From Tepidisphaera sp. (GTDB lineage: Bacteria; Planctomycetota; Phycisphaerae; Phycisphaerales; UBA1924): a stretch of 64,000 nt of DNA. Both the position numbers and the translations under genes were made by a program. Positions within the stretch are counted from its first letter, which is position 1; every line of letters begins with the position of its first letter. This document shows positions 9,631 through 18,910 of this stretch, one piece after another. Below the pieces are notes generated by a model. It ran no database searches and was not told the origin of the DNA. It worked only from the letters and a program-made list of their open reading frames with translations. The DNA is taken from contig CP051526.1 of NCBI GenBank assembly GCA_050916045.1, positions 3,456,001 to 3,520,000 on the forward strand, read 5' to 3'.

Positions 9631-10251
9631 ATGTCCGACCGATATCAGACCATCCTGCTCTTCGGCGCTCCCGGCGCGGGCAAGGGGACTCAGGGCAAGA
9701 TCCTCGCGCAGATCCCGGGGTTCTTCCACATGTCCACGGGAGAGATGTTCCGCAACATCGACATCACCTCCGAGGTCGGTCGCATCTTCCATCAGTACAT
9801 GTCCCGCGGCGAGCTCGTCCCCGACGACATCGTCATCAAGCTCTGGTCCCAGACCATCCACGCCTACACCATCCTCCGCCTCTACAAGCCCGAGCAGGAC
9901 CTCCTCATCCTCGACGGCCTCCCGCGAAACGTCGCGCAGGCCAAGCTGATGCACAAGCACATCAACGTGCTCAAGATCGTCCACCTCCGCTGCGACAACA
10001 AGGACGACATGATCCAGCGCCTCGCCAAACGCGCGATGCGGGAAAACAGGCCCGATGACGCCAAGATCGACGTCATCCGCCGCCGCTGGGACGTCTACGA
10101 GCGCGACACCTTCCCCGTGCTTGACTACTACCCCAAGGACATCGTCGTCGACGTCCCCTGCATCGGCTCACCCTCGATGATCCTCGCCAAGATCCTCGAA
10201 GCCGTCGCGCCCATCCAGGACCTGCACTTCAAGAATCCGCTCAGCAGCTAG
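9631..10251 (+). CDS. adk: Adenylate kinase family protein
   Basis: GAPGAGKGTQ, HMSTGEMFR, GELVPD, LDGLPRN and RPDD motifs. Confidence 0.9.
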   Translation: MSDRYQTILLFGAPGAGKGTQGKILAQIPGFFHMSTGEMFRNIDITSEVGRIFHQYMSRGELVPDDIVIKLWSQTIHAYTILRLYKPEQDLLILDGLPRNVAQAKLMHKHINVLKIVHLRCDNKDDMIQRLAKRAMRENRPDDAKIDVIRRRWDVYERDTFPVLDYYPKDIVVDVPCIGSPSMILAKILEAVAPIQDLHFKNPLSS

Positions 10252-10261
10252 ACTCCGGTCT

Positions 10262-10885
10262 ATGGCGAGATCAATCCGACCGACCGTCCGACCGACTGTC
10301 GTGGTGATCGGGGGGCCAAACGGAGCCGGAAAGACAACCATTTCACGCGCGGTGATCGCGTCCCTCGGCGTGCCGATGCAGTTCGTGAACGCCGATGTGA
10401 TCGCGCAAGGACTCGGCGGCACCGAGCCGGACAAGGTCGCGCTCGCGGCTGGACGCATGATGCTCACCCGGCTGCACCAGCTCGCGGACGCGAAGGAGAG
10501 CTTCGCCTTTGAGTCCACGCTCGCGAGCCGGTCGTTCGCTCCCTTTCTCTCCAAGCTCTCACAGGGCGGATACACGGTCCATCTCGTCTACTCGTGGGTC
10601 CATTCCCCGGAGATCTCCATCGCGAGAATCAAGACGCGAGTCCGGAACGGAGGTCATTTCGTCCCCGACAACGTCGTACGCCGGCGGTTCGCCCGTTCCG
10701 CTCGCAATCTGATCCGTCTGTACATTCCGCTTGCGTCTCGGTGGCGCGTCTACGATAATTCGAGCGGTCGTGGGCCCATGTTGGTCGGCCGAAAGACCGA
10801 GGGTGGTGACGCTCGGGTGCTGAAAAGAGCCCTTTGGGCCCGCTTGACGGAGATCGCGGATGAAGGAACGGACAAAGGAAACTGA
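10262..10885 (+). CDS. Zeta-toxin-like / AAA P-loop protein
   Basis: GGPNGAGKTT, FVNADVIA, FAFESTLA and RVRNGGHFVP motifs. Confidence 0.8.
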   Translation: MARSIRPTVRPTVVVIGGPNGAGKTTISRAVIASLGVPMQFVNADVIAQGLGGTEPDKVALAAGRMMLTRLHQLADAKESFAFESTLASRSFAPFLSKLSQGGYTVHLVYSWVHSPEISIARIKTRVRNGGHFVPDNVVRRRFARSARNLIRLYIPLASRWRVYDNSSGRGPMLVGRKTEGGDARVLKRALWARLTEIADEGTDKGN

Positions 10886-11027
10886 TCGGGATCCGGCTGG
10901 CGCATCCATGGATCGCGCGGTCAAGGATGCCGTCCAACTCGCGATTGCCGAGAACAAAGCCCGCGAAGCGGTCCGCAAGCGGTTCGAGAAGAAGAAGCCG
11001 GTCGCCACCCGTCGCAAGTCCGCCTAA
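10860..11027 (+). CDS. Small basic protein, probable partner of the zeta-like ATPase (absent from ORF track)
   Basis: 55 aa MKERTKETDRDPAGASMDRAVKDAVQLAIAENKAREAVRKRFEKKKPVATRRKSA, overlapping the upstream stop. Confidence 0.55.
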   Translation: MKERTKETDRDPAGASMDRAVKDAVQLAIAENKAREAVRKRFEKKKPVATRRKSA

Positions 11028-11059
11028 ACCAAGTCCGTATAACCAAGGGCCCAATTCGA

Positions 11060-11812
11060 ATGCGTGCACGGGCTTTCACCCTCATCGAGCTCCTCGTCGT
11101 CATCGCGATCATCGCGCTGCTCATCGGCCTCCTGCTGCCCACGCTGGGCCGGGCTCGCCTCTCCGGCAAGTCCACCGCGTGTCTCGGACGCCTTCAGCAG
11201 ATCGGCGTCGCGATCTCGCTGTACCAGTCGGACTTCGACAACCGCTTGCCGCAGGCCAAGGGCCCGCTCCCCGAGGGCGGCGAGTCCGTCATCGGCGCGC
11301 TCTTCGGCGGCAAGAAGGGCCAGGTCCCCTTCTACGGGATCAACGAGATCGGTGCCGAACGCCGCCCCCTCAACAAGTACCTCGTTGACCGCGTCGTCCA
11401 GCCCGACAGCGATGACGTCGTCGTCGAGCTTCCCGAGTGGCGTTCGCCCATCGACACCGGCGCGGAGATCACAGGCCTGCCGATCCCGGGCCTTGAGCGG
11501 ACCGACTCGTTCTACGACTTCGTCGGAGCTTCGTACACGCTCAACGACCACGCTCTCGACGGCGAGAAAGCCGCCACGCTCGTCCCGCTCGGCGGCGGAC
11601 GCATGCCGTTCCTCTCGCGACCCAGCAAGACCTGGATGGTCGCGACCCACCCGATCTACAACTACCAGCAGGGCGGCGACCGCGGCTCACGCTGGACCGA
11701 CAAGAACAAGGTGGAAGCCAACATGCTCTTCTGCGACTTCCACGCCCGGATGCGCCTCTACGTCCCGCCGGGAATCGTCAACACCACCGACGACTACACG
11801 TTCCTCCCCTGA
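11060..11812 (+). CDS. Prepilin-type N-terminal cleavage/methylation domain protein
   Basis: RAFTLIELLVVIAIIALLIGLLLP N-terminus and C-terminal ANMLFCDFH. Confidence 0.9.
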   Translation: MRARAFTLIELLVVIAIIALLIGLLLPTLGRARLSGKSTACLGRLQQIGVAISLYQSDFDNRLPQAKGPLPEGGESVIGALFGGKKGQVPFYGINEIGAERRPLNKYLVDRVVQPDSDDVVVELPEWRSPIDTGAEITGLPIPGLERTDSFYDFVGASYTLNDHALDGEKAATLVPLGGGRMPFLSRPSKTWMVATHPIYNYQQGGDRGSRWTDKNKVEANMLFCDFHARMRLYVPPGIVNTTDDYTFLP

Positions 11813-11824
11813 GGCGGGCTCGAC

Positions 11825-12160
11825 TCACCTCACCCGCTCGGGGTCCGGAAAGTCGCGGTACAGCGCGGATTTGAAGTCCTTCACCATCGAATACACCGGC
11901 CGATGCAGGCCCTCGACCTCGCCGGCACGCGTCGCGACCAAACTGAACGCGTCGTCAAGCTGCGCGAGATCGTTCGTCCAGACTTCCGCGTGAAACTCGC
12001 CCATCCCGTCGGGGCCAAACCCGAACTTGCGCCGCGTCAGCCGCCACCCCTCGATCTTCCCCTGCTTCTGCAGGTGCCCGAGGTACGCATCGACGTTCTT
12101 CGCGAACTCCAGGTCGCGCCGCGAGTCGATCAGGTTGAACCACATGTGGTAGTGCTGCAT
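11825..12160 (-). CDS. Conserved hypothetical protein (DUF6614-like)
   Basis: YHMWFNL...LTRRKFGFGP...EFH...ALYRDFPD pattern, recalled rather than searched. Confidence 0.6.
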   Translation of the reverse strand: MQHYHMWFNLIDSRRDLEFAKNVDAYLGHLQKQGKIEGWRLTRRKFGFGPDGMGEFHAEVWTNDLAQLDDAFSLVATRAGEVEGLHRPVYSMVKDFKSALYRDFPDPERVR

Positions 12161-12201
12161 GGCGGAATCAGTGTATCAGCCGCGCCAGCCTACACTTAAG
12201 C

Positions 12202-12483
12202 ATGGCCACGCGCAAGAAGGTCACGGTTCAACTCCCGGAGCAACTCGGCCGATTCGCCTCGGACGCGGTCACATCCGGTCGATACGAATCGCTCGACGAA
12301 GTGGTCCGGGATGGCGTCCGACTGCTGATGGATCGCGAACGTGAGCGCAGCGCCGCCCTGAAAGCACTGCGTCGCAAAATCGACGAGGGCGTCAAGGCCG
12401 CCGATGCCGGCGACGTCCTGAGCAGCGATAGGTTCTTCGCGGATCTCCGCCGTCGCTCACGCAAGCCCCGCAAAGCAGGATGA
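12202..12483 (+). CDS. ParD-family antitoxin (RHH)
   Basis: SGRYESLDEVVRDGVRLL and LRRKIDEG. Overlaps the toxin start. Confidence 0.85.
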   Translation: MATRKKVTVQLPEQLGRFASDAVTSGRYESLDEVVRDGVRLLMDRERERSAALKALRRKIDEGVKAADAGDVLSSDRFFADLRRRSRKPRKAG

Positions 12484-12785
12484 CCCGTCGAACCGTCATC
12501 TCGTCGCCCGCGCAACAGGACGTTGCCGATCTGGCCTCATACCTCGACACCGTCGCCGGCACCGCGATCAGCGACAAGGTGCTCAAGAGCATCCACGAAG
12601 CTGTCCGCAAGCTGGGCTCCAATCCCACCCTTGGGCACATCGTGCACGAGCTTGACCGGCCCGATCTCCGATTCTACTTGGTGAAGTCGTACTTCATCGT
12701 CTATCGCGTGCGCGGGACAACCCTTGAAGTCATCCGAGTACTCCACGCCGCTCGCGATATCGTCGCGATCCTCAGCCCAAGTTGA
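12480..12785 (+). CDS. ParE/RelE-family toxin
   Basis: SSPAQQDV, NPTLGH and YFIVYRV...EVIRVLHAARD. Confidence 0.85.
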   Translation: MTRRTVISSPAQQDVADLASYLDTVAGTAISDKVLKSIHEAVRKLGSNPTLGHIVHELDRPDLRFYLVKSYFIVYRVRGTTLEVIRVLHAARDIVAILSPS

Positions 12786-12794
12786 CCGCAAGCG

Positions 12795-13427
12795 TTAGTG
12801 CTGCTTCACGCCGATCGCCGTCAGCACCTCATCGTCGATTCCAAGGTACTCGTGCATGTGCTGGTCGTACGTCGCCGCGTGATCCTCGCGCGAAAGGTCA
12901 AGCCGCATCTCGTTGATGACCTTCGTGCCCTGGCGGATCCAGTCGTTCCACGTCTCGGACGAGATGTTCTCGAAGATCCAAGCCCCGATCGGGCCGCGCA
13001 TCGGCGGCTTGGCGAGTTTGGTCCCGGCTTTCCCCGTCCGCTTGCAGACGAACGATCCGCCGGTCGCCGCTTCGGTCTTCTTCTCTTCGATCACCGGCAC
13101 GGGCGCCCCGATCGATGTGAGCAACTCCCCCATCGCCTTCTTGGGCATGAAGTCGCCCTTGGCCGCCGCGGTCTTATACCCCTCGGTCAGGACCACCTTC
13201 GCGCGCTCGACCTGACCGGCTTCGATCAGCGACTTTCCAGCGAGTTGGTACGCTTTGCTCATCGCCGGGTTGATCGTGTAGCACTTCTCGTACGCCACCG
13301 CCGCGTCCGAATGCCGCCCGGCTTGCGCATAGGCCCCGCCGAGGCTGAACCAAGCCATGTCATTGTCCGGATCCGCCCCAGGCTGCACCATGTTCTCGAA
13401 CTGAGCGATCCGCGCGTTGATGTCCAT
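12795..13427 (-). CDS. TPR plus Fe(II)-trafficking (YggX-like) domain protein
   Basis: N-terminal TPRs (AWFSLGGAY, KAYQLAG). C-terminal IFENISSETWNDWIRQGTKVINEMRLDLS matches YggX. Start at ATG 13427. Confidence 0.75.
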   Translation of the reverse strand: MDINARIAQFENMVQPGADPDNDMAWFSLGGAYAQAGRHSDAAVAYEKCYTINPAMSKAYQLAGKSLIEAGQVERAKVVLTEGYKTAAAKGDFMPKKAMGELLTSIGAPVPVIEEKKTEAATGGSFVCKRTGKAGTKLAKPPMRGPIGAWIFENISSETWNDWIRQGTKVINEMRLDLSREDHAATYDQHMHEYLGIDDEVLTAIGVKQH

Positions 13428-13498
13428 GAGCGATCCTAGCTCACGCACACGCCGCACACGCCTCCCGGTATCATCCGCCACCGGAAACGGAGGTCCTC

Positions 13499-14422
13499 AT
13501 GCTCGTTACGCTCGCCCTGGTCTCCTCGATGGTGCTCCTCGACACGCCTGCCGCCCCGGATCCGGAACAACGCGCCGCCGCCATCGAAGACCTTGGGTCT
13601 TCCGACAAGTCCCGCGTCACCAAGGCTCTCTTCTACTCGCTCGATGCGAGCGACCCGGACGACCGCAAAGCGCTCGAACAGGCCCTCGACAGCCCGTCCT
13701 ACCAGCGCCGCCAGCTCGCGATGACGATGCTCTGCCATGATGAGAAGAAGCCCGGCAAGCGGCTCATTGAGGTCTGCTTCGAAGGCCTCTCCGACGATGC
13801 GATCCCGATCGACACGCTGAGGCCGATGAACGAACGCTTCATCGCCCCGGTCGGCAACGCCAACGAAGCCGCTCGCTTTCTCATTGAGCACGCTCAAGAA
13901 GTCCGCCCGCAGCTCGAAAAGGGCCTCAAGGATGGCGACTGGCAGAAGAAGCTCCTCTGCGCCTATATCGCAGGACGAGCGAAAATCTCCGCTCTGCTCC
14001 CCGCCGCCGCGCCCGTCCTGATCAACCACCTCAAGGACAACGACATCCGCGGCGATGGCCAGACCGCGATCGGAGGCTTGGCAGGTTTCGGAACCGATGT
14101 TCTCCCCTACCTTGAGCGAATCCAGAACCCCGATTCTCAGCAGCAGATCGCGGTCCGGCTCATCGGTTGGCATCTTGACGAACACAAACGCCTTCACGCA
14201 GAAGTCGCCAAGCTCCCCAAGCACGAGCGCGACCTCGCCGACCAGCTCTCGAGCGGACTCTACAACGACTGGCCCAAGCTCAAATGGAAGCTCAAGGACT
14301 TCGACGAGACCAAACACGTCTACAGCCGCCCGACAGAAGCCGGTAACGACAACCCTCCCTCCCCACACCCCTCACCGCGCCCCGAACAACCCAGCGACAA
14401 CGAAAAAGACCGCGCTCGATAA
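13499..14422 (+). CDS. Secreted hypothetical protein with HEAT-like helical repeats
   Basis: Signal-like N-terminus, GGAGG SD and helical repeat character. Confidence 0.6.
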   Translation: MLVTLALVSSMVLLDTPAAPDPEQRAAAIEDLGSSDKSRVTKALFYSLDASDPDDRKALEQALDSPSYQRRQLAMTMLCHDEKKPGKRLIEVCFEGLSDDAIPIDTLRPMNERFIAPVGNANEAARFLIEHAQEVRPQLEKGLKDGDWQKKLLCAYIAGRAKISALLPAAAPVLINHLKDNDIRGDGQTAIGGLAGFGTDVLPYLERIQNPDSQQQIAVRLIGWHLDEHKRLHAEVAKLPKHERDLADQLSSGLYNDWPKLKWKLKDFDETKHVYSRPTEAGNDNPPSPHPSPRPEQPSDNEKDRAR

Positions 14423-14459
14423 GAGCACGGTCCTTCAATTTTCAGTCAGAGACGATCTC

Positions 14460-14735
14460 TCAGTTCTTGAGCCACACCGGGCAGGGAGCCTTCTCGTCCG
14501 TCGGGACGACGTGCACCTTGCGGCCGCGGAACATGACCGTCCCGGAACCGACGCTGAAAAGCGTGCAGTCCTTACCCATCTGAACGTTGAAGCCGGCTTC
14601 GAACGGCGTGCCGACCTGGCGCACGATGATCGAGCCGGGCTGAGCGACTTCGCCGCCGAAGAGCTTGATCCCGCGGTACTGCGGATTGGAGTCGCGCCCG
14701 TTCTTGGTCGAACCCTGACCCTTTTTATGTGCCAT
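14460..14735 (-). CDS. rpmA: 50S ribosomal protein L27
   Basis: [24 protein letters not shown]. Confidence 0.98.
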   Translation of the reverse strand: MAHKKGQGSTKNGRDSNPQYRGIKLFGGEVAQPGSIIVRQVGTPFEAGFNVQMGKDCTLFSVGSGTVMFRGRKVHVVPTDEKAPCPVWLKN

Positions 14736-14911
14736 GACAACGATCCTCGATCAAAAGGCGTCGGTCGGAAGCGACCACCGCGTGAAACTCGTCGGAACCA
14801 CCCCGCCTGGGCACGCCGCCCAAAGCCGGGCCTGAACAATAGTGCTGAACCTCGGGCCCGTCCACCCTCCAGCACGTCGGAGGAATGACCCGATCAAAGA
14901 CCGATCGTGCC

Positions 14912-15562
14912 TTATCGCATGATCCAAGTCGTCTCATAGGGCTCAAACGGCTCGGAACCCCGGTTGCTCATGTCGCCGCCGGTCTTGTACCGGGCCATGA
15001 ACGTCTTGTACATCGGCTCTTTCACCAAAGCACCTGACTTGGGGTCCTTGATCTCGACCTGGGCCACTTCGCCGCTGAAGCCAGCCGCGTAGACCGTCAG
15101 CTCGCTCGCCGTCAGGTTCGCAAGCGGCCACACGACGATCCCGTCCTTCGCGTTCTCGTCGCCCTGGAGCATCATCCCAAGGACCGAGATCTGGTCCTCG
15201 AGGAACGGGTTATTGAGGTCGCTCTGGATCTTGGAAGCCACATCCAGCGGCACGCCACGGCCGGACCGGAGCACGTTCCCCTCGCCGTCGGCCAGCTCGA
15301 AGCTGGGAGCAAAGAGCACATCCTCGCCCGTCTTGTTCGTCGCGCGGTACGTCATGTACACATAGGTCTGCGTGGTGCCGTCGCGGTTCGCCACTCGGGC
15401 CAGACGCAGAGGCCCGGGCTTGAGATCAAGCTGCCAGCGGCGCGGAATCGGGTCGGGCTCGGGCGCGAAGCGGGCCGAAGCCTGGGGGATGGACAGCGAG
15501 AGACCGGCCACACCCAGAGCGAGCGCCGCCACAAACTTCTGAACCACCGGACGATTGGACAT
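14912..15562 (-). CDS. Secreted hypothetical protein
   Basis: Signal peptide (ASA) and AAGGAG SD. No function recognised. Confidence 0.7.
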   Translation of the reverse strand: MSNRPVVQKFVAALALGVAGLSLSIPQASARFAPEPDPIPRRWQLDLKPGPLRLARVANRDGTTQTYVYMTYRATNKTGEDVLFAPSFELADGEGNVLRSGRGVPLDVASKIQSDLNNPFLEDQISVLGMMLQGDENAKDGIVVWPLANLTASELTVYAAGFSGEVAQVEIKDPKSGALVKEPMYKTFMARYKTGGDMSNRGSEPFEPYETTWIMR

Positions 15563-15571
15563 GCCGACTCC

Positions 15572-16777
15572 TTGGAACCCGAAGGGCCCCTAGTCTACAA
15601 CATCCCCGCCCGCCGTCAAACGCCGAATCCGAATCGGCGAAAGAGATCCGCACCCGTGGACCAATCTGTTCCACATTCCCGCCCTCACGGGCAACTCCCT
15701 TCCCAACCCAACGCCCCCCTCCGCCCTCAATCCGACGCGAGCGGGGCCGCCGCGGGCCCAAACCGATCCGTACAGACCTCTACCAACCAGGACGTCACGG
15801 TGGGTCGCGTCCCACCCGATCGAACCTTCGAGGCGGCGAAGCGGCTGGTCGGAGCCTCCCAGACCGATCCCGACGCCGCCGCTTCTCGCCTCGTCGAGAA
15901 CGCCCGAGCCGGTCGGATCGACCTCTCCCTGATGTTCGCCGCTGAGAGCAACGGCCAGATCCGGCAGGTGTGCCTGCTCGCGCCTTCGTCGGGCCGCACG
16001 GCGGCTCTCTTCATCTCCGAGCCTTTCCCACAGGGCGACCCCGGTGGCGACCAGCAAGCACTTCAGGACCGCGCGGCTTGCATCGCCGCCGCCGAAGCCC
16101 ACGCCGCGCACCATCTCGCCGACCGTGTCGCGGTTCTGCAAGCCCTGCCCGAGCCCGAAGAACGCTGGAGCGTCAATGCCCTCCGCGCCGCCGGATTCAT
16201 CCAGGTCGGCGACCTCACGTACCTCCGCCGTCCCATCGGACGCCAGAGCGGGATCCTCGGTCGTCAGCCACCGGTGCCGACCTGGCCCGCAGGTGTCGCG
16301 GTGCGCCCGCTCTCCACGTTCCCCGGCGGGCTCGACGGCAGCATCCCGATGCTCTGCGACCTCCTCGACAGGACGTACGAGGGGACGCTCGACTGCCCCG
16401 CGCTCTGCGGCCTGCGCGACACGCGGGACGTCCTGGACTCGCACCAGGCGGTCGGACAGTTCGATCCGGCGTTCTGGTTCATCGTTCTCAAGAACGACAT
16501 CCCTGAGGGATGCATGCTTCTCGCCAAGTCGGAGGAGCTTCGAAGCGTGGAGCTCGTCTACCTCGGCCTGACCCCCGCTTTGCGAGGGATGGGTGTGGGC
16601 GCGAAGCTGCTGGATGTGGCGCTCCGCTCGATCACCCGATCGACCTACGAACACCTGACGTGCGCGGTCGACCGTTCCAACACGCCGGCCGTGCGCATTT
16701 ACCAGCGTGCGGGGTTCCGACCGTTCGGCGAGCGTGCGGCCCTTGTGAAACCCGTCCGCGCGGCCTCCGCGAGGTGA
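15572..16777 (+). CDS. GNAT-family acetyltransferase (start uncertain, probably later)
   Basis: ELVYLGLTPALRGMGVGAKLL and AVDRSNTPAVRIYQRAGF. Confidence 0.8.
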   Translation: MEPEGPLVYNIPARRQTPNPNRRKRSAPVDQSVPHSRPHGQLPSQPNAPLRPQSDASGAAAGPNRSVQTSTNQDVTVGRVPPDRTFEAAKRLVGASQTDPDAAASRLVENARAGRIDLSLMFAAESNGQIRQVCLLAPSSGRTAALFISEPFPQGDPGGDQQALQDRAACIAAAEAHAAHHLADRVAVLQALPEPEERWSVNALRAAGFIQVGDLTYLRRPIGRQSGILGRQPPVPTWPAGVAVRPLSTFPGGLDGSIPMLCDLLDRTYEGTLDCPALCGLRDTRDVLDSHQAVGQFDPAFWFIVLKNDIPEGCMLLAKSEELRSVELVYLGLTPALRGMGVGAKLLDVALRSITRSTYEHLTCAVDRSNTPAVRIYQRAGFRPFGERAALVKPVRAASAR

Positions 16778-16876
16778 CAACTCCGAAGCGCGCGTGTCAA
16801 GCGCGGCGGCGCAAGCGAACGTCGATGCGCACGCAAGCGGTGATCTTGAATCGATTTACGCGCAAGCGACAGTGAG

Positions 16877-16918
16877 TTATCCACAGCGTGTCCAGACGGT
16901 GCCTCTGATTGTGGATAA
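16877..16918. promoter_or_regulatory. Two perfect DnaA boxes in inverted orientation
   Basis: TTATCCACA 16877-16885 and TGTGGATAA 16910-16918, followed by a T-run, upstream of dnaA. Confidence 0.85.
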
Positions 16919-16996
16919 GTTTTTTTGCATCACGTAAAGACGCGAGAAACCGCGGACTTGGCGATGCGTGGACATGGTGACGGCCACACGTGGGGA

Positions 16997-17025
16997 TTGC
17001 TCCCGCCGCGCGCCCCAACTACGTT
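16997..17025 (+). promoter_or_regulatory. Putative sigma70 promoter of dnaA
   Basis: TTGCTC-N17-TACGTT. Confidence 0.45.
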
Positions 17026-17246
17026 TGTGTTCTTGCGGCGATGACTGCCGCGACTGGTCAAGGATGGACCAACGGCCCGAGCGTCTTCCGGCCCGCCACG
17101 ACATCGACACAACCCTCCCGCGAGCGCGGGGTGGATGTGCCATGGTCCGGGGCGGCCGGCGCGAAGGCCAGCGTGCCACTGACGGCGTTCCAACTCACGA
17201 CACTCGCGCGGGCCGTCCCGCGCTTTCGGTGGGAGCTCGCCTCCTC

Positions 17247-18851
17247 GTGAACACGCCTCTTGACCTCACCGATTCCGGCTCGACCCAGGAGCGTCACACG
17301 CCTTCGGCTTCGGCGCTGCTCGCCGGCGAGCGTGCGTCGGCGCGGCACCAGGATGCGGGAACCCGCGTGCTTGACCGGCTTTCGGCGGAGGTCGGCCGCG
17401 ATCGAGTGCATCGGTACTTTGATCGCCAGGCGCGGGTCTCGCTCTCGGGCACGACGCTCGACGTCACGGTCGCGTCGGGCTTCATCGCCGACGTGGTCGG
17501 TCGGCGGTTTGGTGACTCACTCCGGCGCGCGGCGGCGGCGGAGCTCGCAGATGGACTTGCGGCGCAAGGCCGCGAGACGCACGGAAGGTCGGCGGACGCG
17601 GTTCCGGTCGAGCTTCGCATCAACGTCGATACCGGCGCCTTCGGCGGAACACAAACTCCGCCTCCGGTCGCCTCGCCGGTGACCGATCTCCCGGTCCAGA
17701 GGCCCGCGCCCGCGGCGAAGCGCCCTGAAACCCCTCGGCGTCGCTTCGAGGACTTCCTCGCGGGCACGAGCAACCGGCTCGCGCTCGCCGCGGCCCGGCG
17801 GCTTGCCGAAGAAACGCTCGACACGCCGGACGCGGACCGTCTGCATGGCCCGCTCTTCATCCACGGCCCGTGCGGCGTGGGCAAGACGCACCTACTGCAC
17901 GCCGCCGCGCACCTCTTCCGGGAGCGCAACCCCGGCGCGGTCGTCCGAGTCATCACCGGTGAGTCCTTCACCAACGAGTTCATCACCGCCGTCAAGAGCG
18001 GGTCCCTCGAAGCTTTCCGCAAGCACTTCCGCCGCGTGCACCTCCTCTGCATCGACGATGTGCACTTCCTCTCCAACAAGGAAGCCACCCAGCGCGAGCT
18101 TCTCCACACCTTCGACGCCGTCGGCACGACCGGCGCCCGCATCTTGCTCGCGTCCGATGAGCCGCCACGCGACATCCGCAAGCTCTCGCAGCAGCTTGTC
18201 TCTCGGTTCGCCGCGGGCGGCGTGGTCAAGATCGAACTTCCCGAACTCCAGCTCCGCATCGCCATCGCCAACCAGATCGCCGTGCGTCGCGGCCTGATGC
18301 TCGAACCCGCGGCGGCCACCCTGCTCGCCGAACGCGCGGCGGCTTCCGGCGGGTCGGTGCGCGACCTCGAGGGCCTGATCACGCAGGTGGAAGCACTCCG
18401 GCTGGTCATGCCGGAACTGATCCCCGACGGGCGGATCGGGCTGGTCGCGGTGCGACGTTCGCTGGGTCTGGGTGAACCAAGCTCCCTCCCCGGGGCCGCG
18501 GGGCGGATCCGCCGACCGATCCCCCTCGCCCTGATCGCCGCGGAGATCTGCTCCGCGCTGGGCGTCGAGGTGGCGGACCTGCACGGCAAGGGTCGGCACA
18601 AGACGGTCGTGCTCGCTCGCGAGATGACGGTGCACGTCGCCCGGAGGCTCACCACCTGCAGCTTCCCCGAGATCGCCCGTTCACTCGGCCGCGAGAATCA
18701 CTCGACGGTCCTGACGGCCTACCGCCGCGTCGAGCTTCAGCTCATCGCGGGCGAGCGGCCCAAAGCGGAACTGCCCGAGGAGCTCGCGTGCCTCACACTC
18801 GCCGAGCTTTTGCAGCGTCTGACGCAGCGTGTCGAACGCGCCGGAGTGTGA
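17247..18851 (+). CDS. dnaA: Chromosomal replication initiator DnaA (start uncertain; ORF open from 16968)
   Basis: FEDFLAGTSN, Walker A GPCGVGKTHLL, Walker B LLCIDDVHFL, VRDLEG and domain IV SFPEIARSLGRENHSTV. Confidence 0.9.
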   Translation: MNTPLDLTDSGSTQERHTPSASALLAGERASARHQDAGTRVLDRLSAEVGRDRVHRYFDRQARVSLSGTTLDVTVASGFIADVVGRRFGDSLRRAAAAELADGLAAQGRETHGRSADAVPVELRINVDTGAFGGTQTPPPVASPVTDLPVQRPAPAAKRPETPRRRFEDFLAGTSNRLALAAARRLAEETLDTPDADRLHGPLFIHGPCGVGKTHLLHAAAHLFRERNPGAVVRVITGESFTNEFITAVKSGSLEAFRKHFRRVHLLCIDDVHFLSNKEATQRELLHTFDAVGTTGARILLASDEPPRDIRKLSQQLVSRFAAGGVVKIELPELQLRIAIANQIAVRRGLMLEPAAATLLAERAAASGGSVRDLEGLITQVEALRLVMPELIPDGRIGLVAVRRSLGLGEPSSLPGAAGRIRRPIPLALIAAEICSALGVEVADLHGKGRHKTVVLAREMTVHVARRLTTCSFPEIARSLGRENHSTVLTAYRRVELQLIAGERPKAELPEELACLTLAELLQRLTQRVERAGV

Positions 18852-18910
18852 ACAGGCGGCACTTCCGCCCATCCCGAGCGATGTGATCCCCAGGCGTCGC
18901 TTGAATCCGG

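Noticed and set aside
7130..9949. 939-aa plus-strand ORF
   Set aside because: Antisense shadow of rlmKL and tRNA-Leu. Long shadow ORFs are expected at this GC content, and it has no recognisable motifs.
14460..14735. rpmA without adjacent rplU
   Set aside because: Noted, but split ribosomal gene pairs are common and nothing further supports significance.
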